Of a DNA stretch of 64,000 nucleotides, positions 61,202 through 64,000 are shown in pieces. Made by a program: the position numbers and the translations under genes. This DNA is from an uncultured Chloroflexia bacterium (GTDB lineage Bacteria > Chloroflexota > Limnocylindria > Limnocylindrales > CSP1-4), in assembly GCA_963749705.1 (NCBI GenBank), contig CAVVNQ010000008.1, forward strand, positions 192,001-256,000, given 5' to 3'. Numbering within the stretch: position 1 is the stretch's first letter; every line of letters starts with the position of its first letter. The notes beneath the pieces are model-generated. The model was not told the DNA's origin. It searched no databases and saw only the letters and a list, made by a program, of their open reading frames with translations.

Positions 61202-61503
61202 GAGCCGCCCGTGGAGACGTGCGCCTGGCCGGTGGTGCTGGCCACTGTCGGTGCCGCGGTCGCTGCGGCGGTCGATGTCGAGCTCGATGTCCCGCTCGTG
61301 GCCGGCGTCGCACCGTCGACGGTCTCCGTGGTGACGGCGGCCGTGAGGGCTGACTGGGTCAGCGCGCCGTTGTACGTGAGCGCCGACGCCCAGCCGAGCC
61401 CGCCGGTCGCGGCGACACCGAGGATGGCGGTCACGATGGTCATCCTGCGGAGGCGGCGGTTGGCGCGGGACCGAGCCTCGGCGCGCTGGTCATTCGTGTT
61501 CAT
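61198..61503 (-). CDS. Small anchored Ser/Thr-rich protein ending in HVSTGGS (copy 1)
   Basis: NRRLRRMT, a hydrophobic helix, an S/T/A linker and AHVSTGGS*. ATGA overlap with apbE. Confidence 0.8.
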   Translation of the reverse strand: MNTNDQRAEARSRANRRLRRMTIVTAILGVAATGGLGWASALTYNGALTQSALTAAVTTETVDGATPATSGTSSSTSTAAATAAPTVASTTGQAHVSTGGS

Positions 61504-61525
61504 GGCCCGATGTTGCCCGGACCCA

Positions 61526-61543
61526 CCTTTCAACTCCGTGACG
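61526..61543 (-). promoter_or_regulatory. OmpR-type box, copy C
   Basis: CGTCACGGAGTTGAAAGG, 22 nt upstream of ATG 61503. Confidence 0.6.
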
Positions 61544-61942
61544 GCTCGTGGCAACTCGTGGCCGTGGGGACGGTAACCGGGCCCCGAATCGCGCTCCGCC
61601 CCTGTTCCGATTCGCGCTCTGCCCCTGTTCCGCGGGTCCGAATCGTGCCCCGCCCCTGACAGTTGCCCGCCCTGCGAGCACTGGCCAGCGAGCCGGGTCC
61701 GACAGCGCCACGAGCTCGCCCAACTGCCCCGTTTCGCCTGCCACGTGTCCAACCGATGGGCACGTGGCGTGCCTTCAGCCGCGTCGGCAGCGCCGAGGCC
61801 GTCCCCGACCAGGGGCGCGGTGGCGAACGCCCGCATGACGGGCAAATGGCATGGGCGCGCGGGGCGGTTGGCCGGTTGGCCGGTTGGCCGCCGAGGTGCG
61901 CCGTGTCGTTCGTGTTCATGCCCCGGTCATCGGGGCGGAAAT

Positions 61943-61958
61943 CCTTCGATCCGGTGAC
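61943..61958 (-). promoter_or_regulatory. OmpR-type box, copy D
   Basis: GTCACCGGATCGAAGG, 23 nt upstream of ATG 61919. Confidence 0.5.
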
Positions 61959-62890
61959 TACTCGTCGGGCTTCACGTCGTCCAGCGAATCGGCGGTCTCG
62001 ACGGTTCCGTCGACACCCGGCGGTGCGACTGGCGGGGGTGCGCCTCCGCCGCCGGCCGCCGGGTCGGGGCTCCCGCCGGCCGGCGTCGTGTCCGGGCTGC
62101 CCGTCGCCGGCGTCGTGTCCGCATCCCCGGGATCCTCGTCGCGAGAGGCGTCGGGCACGGTCGGCACGACCTCCTGAGGTGTCCTGACCGGCGCTCGCGC
62201 CGCGAGGGCGGCGGCCGCCCCCGTTCCGAGGTTCTTCGAGCCGAAGTAGAAGCCTGCCACCGCAACGACGAGCGTGCTCACCGTGGTCAGCAGCTGGAGC
62301 GCGAAGTCATGGCCCTCGGCGGACATCCGCTGGCGGATCCGGACGGTGTACAGGGGTTCGGCCGGCGTGGCACCCGGTCCGGTCGCCGGCATCAGGTCCT
62401 GCTCGAGCACGTTGCCACCGCCGGCGCGGATCGAATCGATCTGGGTCTGGGTGAGCCCTTCGGACGTGTACACGTCCCCCGACGTCGAGGACTGGAGCAC
62501 CACCACCCCGATGATCGCGAAGATCAGGATGAGGACCATCGCGATGAGCGCCCGGATCGACCCGGGCGGCATCCCGAGCGCCTCCCCCGGCGTCGGCATC
62601 CCGAGGGCCGTCATGACCACCGTTCCCGTGTACAGGATGAGCGTGACGGTCACGAACCCTGCGATGAGCAGGACCACGCTGTCCAGCTTGATCGCCCACG
62701 CTGCGACGTTGGGCAGGGCGGCGAACATGAGCGCCAGGACGATGAACGCCCCGAACACGAGCACCGCCGCCCCCAGGGTCCCAAGCCGGCCCCACGGCGA
62801 GGCCCGGTCACCGGTTGGCGCGTCGCCCGATCCTGGATTCGCTCTGCCGCCCTGTCCCTCGTCGTCCTCGGTCGTCCGATCCTGCGTCAT
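61958..62890 (-). CDS. Membrane hypothetical protein
   Basis: Four TM segments, ALGMPPGSIRA and AVAGFYFGS, with an acidic Pro-rich tail. Confidence 0.75.
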   Translation of the reverse strand: MTQDRTTEDDEGQGGRANPGSGDAPTGDRASPWGRLGTLGAAVLVFGAFIVLALMFAALPNVAAWAIKLDSVVLLIAGFVTVTLILYTGTVVMTALGMPTPGEALGMPPGSIRALIAMVLILIFAIIGVVVLQSSTSGDVYTSEGLTQTQIDSIRAGGGNVLEQDLMPATGPGATPAEPLYTVRIRQRMSAEGHDFALQLLTTVSTLVVAVAGFYFGSKNLGTGAAAALAARAPVRTPQEVVPTVPDASRDEDPGDADTTPATGSPDTTPAGGSPDPAAGGGGAPPPVAPPGVDGTVETADSLDDVKPDE

Positions 62891-63068
62891 GGCTCCCACC
62901 CCACCTGCTCCGTGGCCGCACTCTACGACCGCGCCGATGTCGTGCCTAGCCCCAAACGCGTGGGCCCGGGCGCCGAGCCTTGACCCTGGGGAGCGCGGTG
63001 CTAGGCTCCGGGGAACCACCGCCGAAGGCCGCCCGGCCGGGCGCTGGGCGCCCGGGGAGGGGCGACGA

Positions 63069-64000
63069 ATGCACGGTCAGTGGCAGCGGATCGGCGGCCG
63101 CGCGACGTACCTTCCGCCGTTCGTGAACGAGCGGTTCGACGGCCCACCGTACTGGGCCTGCACGTTCACCTCGCTGCTCAACGGCGTCAACGTCGGCTGG
63201 CTGGGCGAGAAGCCGGCCACCCAGGCCGAGGTCCGCGCACTGGCCCGCGCATCGGGCGACGTCGACCTCCGCGGCGGGAGCCGGTCGAGCCACATGATCC
63301 GGGCGATGAAGGTCCGCTACGGGCGATCGATGCGGATCGAGCGCCGGACGCCCGCCGAGGCCATCGACCGCCTCGGGCGAGGATGGGCGATGGTCGGGGC
63401 CGTGACCTACGGCGGGCTGCCCAGGCGATATCGGCGGTGGAGCCCGCAATTCACCGGTGGTCACCGCATCGTGCTCATCGGGTGGCAGAACGGCAACTCG
63501 CGCCTGCTTGATCCGCTGGCCAAGCACGATGCGACCTACGGCGGCGAGTGGATCCGGTGGTCGGATTTCGAGCCCGCTTGGTGGGCCGCCGAGCAGCTGT
63601 GGTTCCGCGAGGGCATGTTCCTGGCGCAGCCACGGTTCGGCACCCTGGTCCCACTAGCGGCACCGCGATCGTGGCGCGTCGCGGCGTCGACCACCGTGGA
63701 CTTCCTGTCGGCGGATCAGCCCGGAGTCGTCGCCCGCCGGGTGCGCATCGATACGGCGAGCGAAGCGATGTACGACGCGACCGTCCCGCTGCTGCCCGCG
63801 GATGCGTCCGCCGGCACCGAGCTGACGCTCGTTCGCGTGTCCACGGGCCGGTTCGCCGGGTACCTCGTTGACGGACACGCACCGGGGATCACGGCAACGG
63901 GTCTGGATGTGAGCGATCCGGCCCCGGCACCGAGCGCCGAAAACGCGACGCCCATGGAGGGCAACGCCACGGCGGCCGAGATCCTCAAGGCGCGCCAGGA
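63069..64000 (+). CDS. Papain-fold (C39-like) peptidase domain protein (runs off the window)
   Basis: Hand translation from ATG 63069: PPFVNE...YWACTFTSLL...GGHRIVLIG...LLDPL...GEWI. The frame is open to the window end. Confidence 0.65.
   Translation, partial: MHGQWQRIGGRATYLPPFVNERFDGPPYWACTFTSLLNGVNVGWLGEKPATQAEVRALARASGDVDLRGGSRSSHMIRAMKVRYGRSMRIERRTPAEAIDRLGRGWAMVGAVTYGGLPRRYRRWSPQFTGGHRIVLIGWQNGNSRLLDPLAKHDATYGGEWIRWSDFEPAWWAAEQLWFREGMFLAQPRFGTLVPLAAPRSWRVAASTTVDFLSADQPGVVARRVRIDTASEAMYDATVPLLPADASAGTELTLVRVSTGRFAGYLVDGHAPGITATGLDVSDPAPAPSAENATPMEGNATAAEILKARQ

Overview
High-GC bacterial chromosome segment. Gene content, many leaderless-style starts and an AGAAC-N4-GTTCT LexA-type box suggest Chloroflexota or an Actinobacteria-like lineage; this is an inference. 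About 60 CDSs were called. Housekeeping genes include glgC, a leucyl aminopeptidase, adenosine deaminase, a CcsA-type protein, class II ribonucleotide reductase nrdJ, lepB and an RpoD-like sigma factor. Accessory blocks: (i) a lower-GC island after nrdJ (about 18.95-24.08 kb) with an IetAS-like AAA ATPase + S8 protease pair and a PD-(D/E)XK protein, all frameshifted; (ii) a hydrolase-LuxR / SnoaL-TusA / DsrE / LysE cluster next to a truncated livF; (iii) a Gly-Gly-ending ubiquitin-like gene coupled to a DUF4132-type gene; (iv) at 53.4-62.0 kb, a candidate flavinylation-based trans-membrane electron-transfer system. Block (iv) has two small anchored proteins ending in identical HVSTGGS, ApbE, a ferric-reductase-like cytochrome, a NuoF-like protein, ferredoxin, a two-component system and a GT-C glycosyltransferase, tied together by a four-copy GTMAC-N6-GAARG box. 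Non-coding highlights are a complex nrdJ upstream region (LexA-like box, seven phased GTGGA motifs, two NrdR boxes, long structured leader) and a candidate 6C-like two-hairpin sRNA at about 46.2 kb. No tRNA, rRNA, CRISPR array, transposase or integrase was recognised. All family calls come from motif recognition by eye, not database searches.
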